A stretch of 57,855 nucleotides of DNA from the NCBI GenBank assembly GCA_947505635.1, contig CANNLR010000001.1, forward strand, positions 1 through 57,855, in the 5' to 3' direction. The notes below the pieces were generated by a model. That model did no database searches and was not told the DNA's origin. It was given only the letters and a program-made list of their open reading frames with translations. Every line of letters begins with the position of its first letter. Position 1 is the stretch's first letter. This stretch comes from Chlamydiota bacterium (GTDB taxonomy: Bacteria; Chlamydiota; Chlamydiia; Chlamydiales; Rhabdochlamydiaceae). Below, one piece after another: positions 56,981-57,855 of the stretch. The position numbers and the translations under genes are program-made.

Positions 56981-57473
56981 TAAAACGAATGCCTACTTTA
57001 GTGAGAAGATAGCGCAAAACTAAAACGGGATGTTTTAGAAGAAGTTTACAAAGAATCCAGTAAGTAACACCTTCAATTTTTTTAGTCAAAATTTCTTGTT
57101 TTTCTAAAAGAGCATCAGCAATCCAAAGAGGAAAGGGTGGAGGTAAGTGAGAGGGGAGATTTGCAACAGGAAAGTAGCGAATATTCCTTGCTTCGGAATT
57201 AAGAGTAGCAAATCCTCCAATGATCCTGCATTCAAAAAAATATGTTTTTTGTGTAAGGCTATTGACAGGCAGGTATTTTGCTATTTGTCTTATGATTTCG
57301 ACTTGATACCCAGTTTCCTCTTCAACCTCTCTTAAAGCCCCTTCTGCTGGGGTTTCTTTAGGGTCTAGCCCTCCGCCAGGAAGAACCCAAACAGGGAGGT
57401 CTCTTCTTTGGACAAGAAGTACATTTTTTTTATTTTCACTAAATATGATGCCATAAACGGCTTGAGGATCCAT
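56967..57473 (-). CDS. NUDIX hydrolase
   Basis: Nudix box GGLDPKETPAEGALREVEEETG. Confidence 0.93.
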   Translation of the reverse strand: MDPQAVYGIIFSENKKNVLLVQRRDLPVWVLPGGGLDPKETPAEGALREVEEETGYQVEIIRQIAKYLPVNSLTQKTYFFECRIIGGFATLNSEARNIRYFPVANLPSHLPPPFPLWIADALLEKQEILTKKIEGVTYWILCKLLLKHPVLVLRYLLTKVGIRFNDKT

Positions 57474-57540
57474 TTTTTCCTTGCTAAAAAGAGAGGCTTG
57501 CTTCTCAATAGAAGTTTACAGAAAGAAGCCATATAATTTC

Positions 57541-57855
57541 ATGCAAAAATTAACAATTTTATTGATTACAGCAGTTTTGTTCAGTGGGTGTCAGAAATAC
57601 TATATTTCTATTGCTCAAGAAAGTGTTGATAAAGATTATTTAGCAAGTGTAGCTCTCGGCACGCCAGATTCTAGACAAACCCATCCTCCTTTAGGAGAGA
57701 AGTTAATTATAGAATGGAAGGTTTCTAAAGAGGATCTAACTCGTAAGCCTTCTTTGTATTTACATGTAATTTACAAAGACTACACAGAAGCATTTTTTAC
57801 TTATCCAATGCGCTATAAGCTGGATTATGCTGTATATAGTCTTTTAGGAGAGGAA
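57541..57855 (+). CDS. Putative lipoprotein (3' end runs off the window)
   Basis: Open frame from ATG 57541 to the window end; MQKLTILLITAVLFSGC lipobox. Confidence 0.75.
   Translation, partial: MQKLTILLITAVLFSGCQKYYISIAQESVDKDYLASVALGTPDSRQTHPPLGEKLIIEWKVSKEDLTRKPSLYLHVIYKDYTEAFFTYPMRYKLDYAVYSLLGEE

Noticed and set aside
1..57855. tRNA/rRNA genes, IS elements, prophage, and the remaining short antisense ORFs in the track
   Set aside because: No T-loop/CCA cloverleaf, transposase, integrase or phage gene was recognised by eye. The short ORFs lie within well-supported genes. A tRNAscan/Rfam run would be needed to fully exclude small RNAs.

Overview
AT-rich chromosomal segment of an environmental Chlamydiae (Parachlamydiales/Rhabdochlamydiaceae/Simkaniaceae-like). 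The lineage is inferred from two Npt/NTT nucleotide transporters, UhpC, a MOMP-like porin, a SEC-C-fused MetAP, zinc-free L36/S14 and the rpmH-rnpA / rpmJ-rpsN layout. Most of the window is housekeeping and host-scavenging genes (msrBA, deaD, two ABC-F ATPases, uvrD, uvrC, clpB, truA, sthA, ribosomal proteins, transporters) mixed with accessory genes. I found no rRNA, tRNA, CRISPR array, transposase or prophage. The most unusual signal is two normally cytosolic nucleotide enzymes, a PRPP synthetase and a MESH1-type HD hydrolase. Each has gained an N-terminal signal-peptide-like leader and has substitutions in catalytic motifs, so both are candidate exported pseudoenzymes. Other notable items: a candidate PP1-docking effector; a translationally coupled MetAP-GNAT-MetAP cassette; a BlaI/M56 regulon with two clear operators; a class D beta-lactamase; a doubly disrupted eukaryote-like kinase; a collapsed third copy of a glycosyltransferase array; twin palindromes upstream of an AAA ATPase; an rnpA whose only canonical start lies inside rpmH; and an internal start site in clpB. 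All family assignments come from motif recognition by eye; no searches were run.
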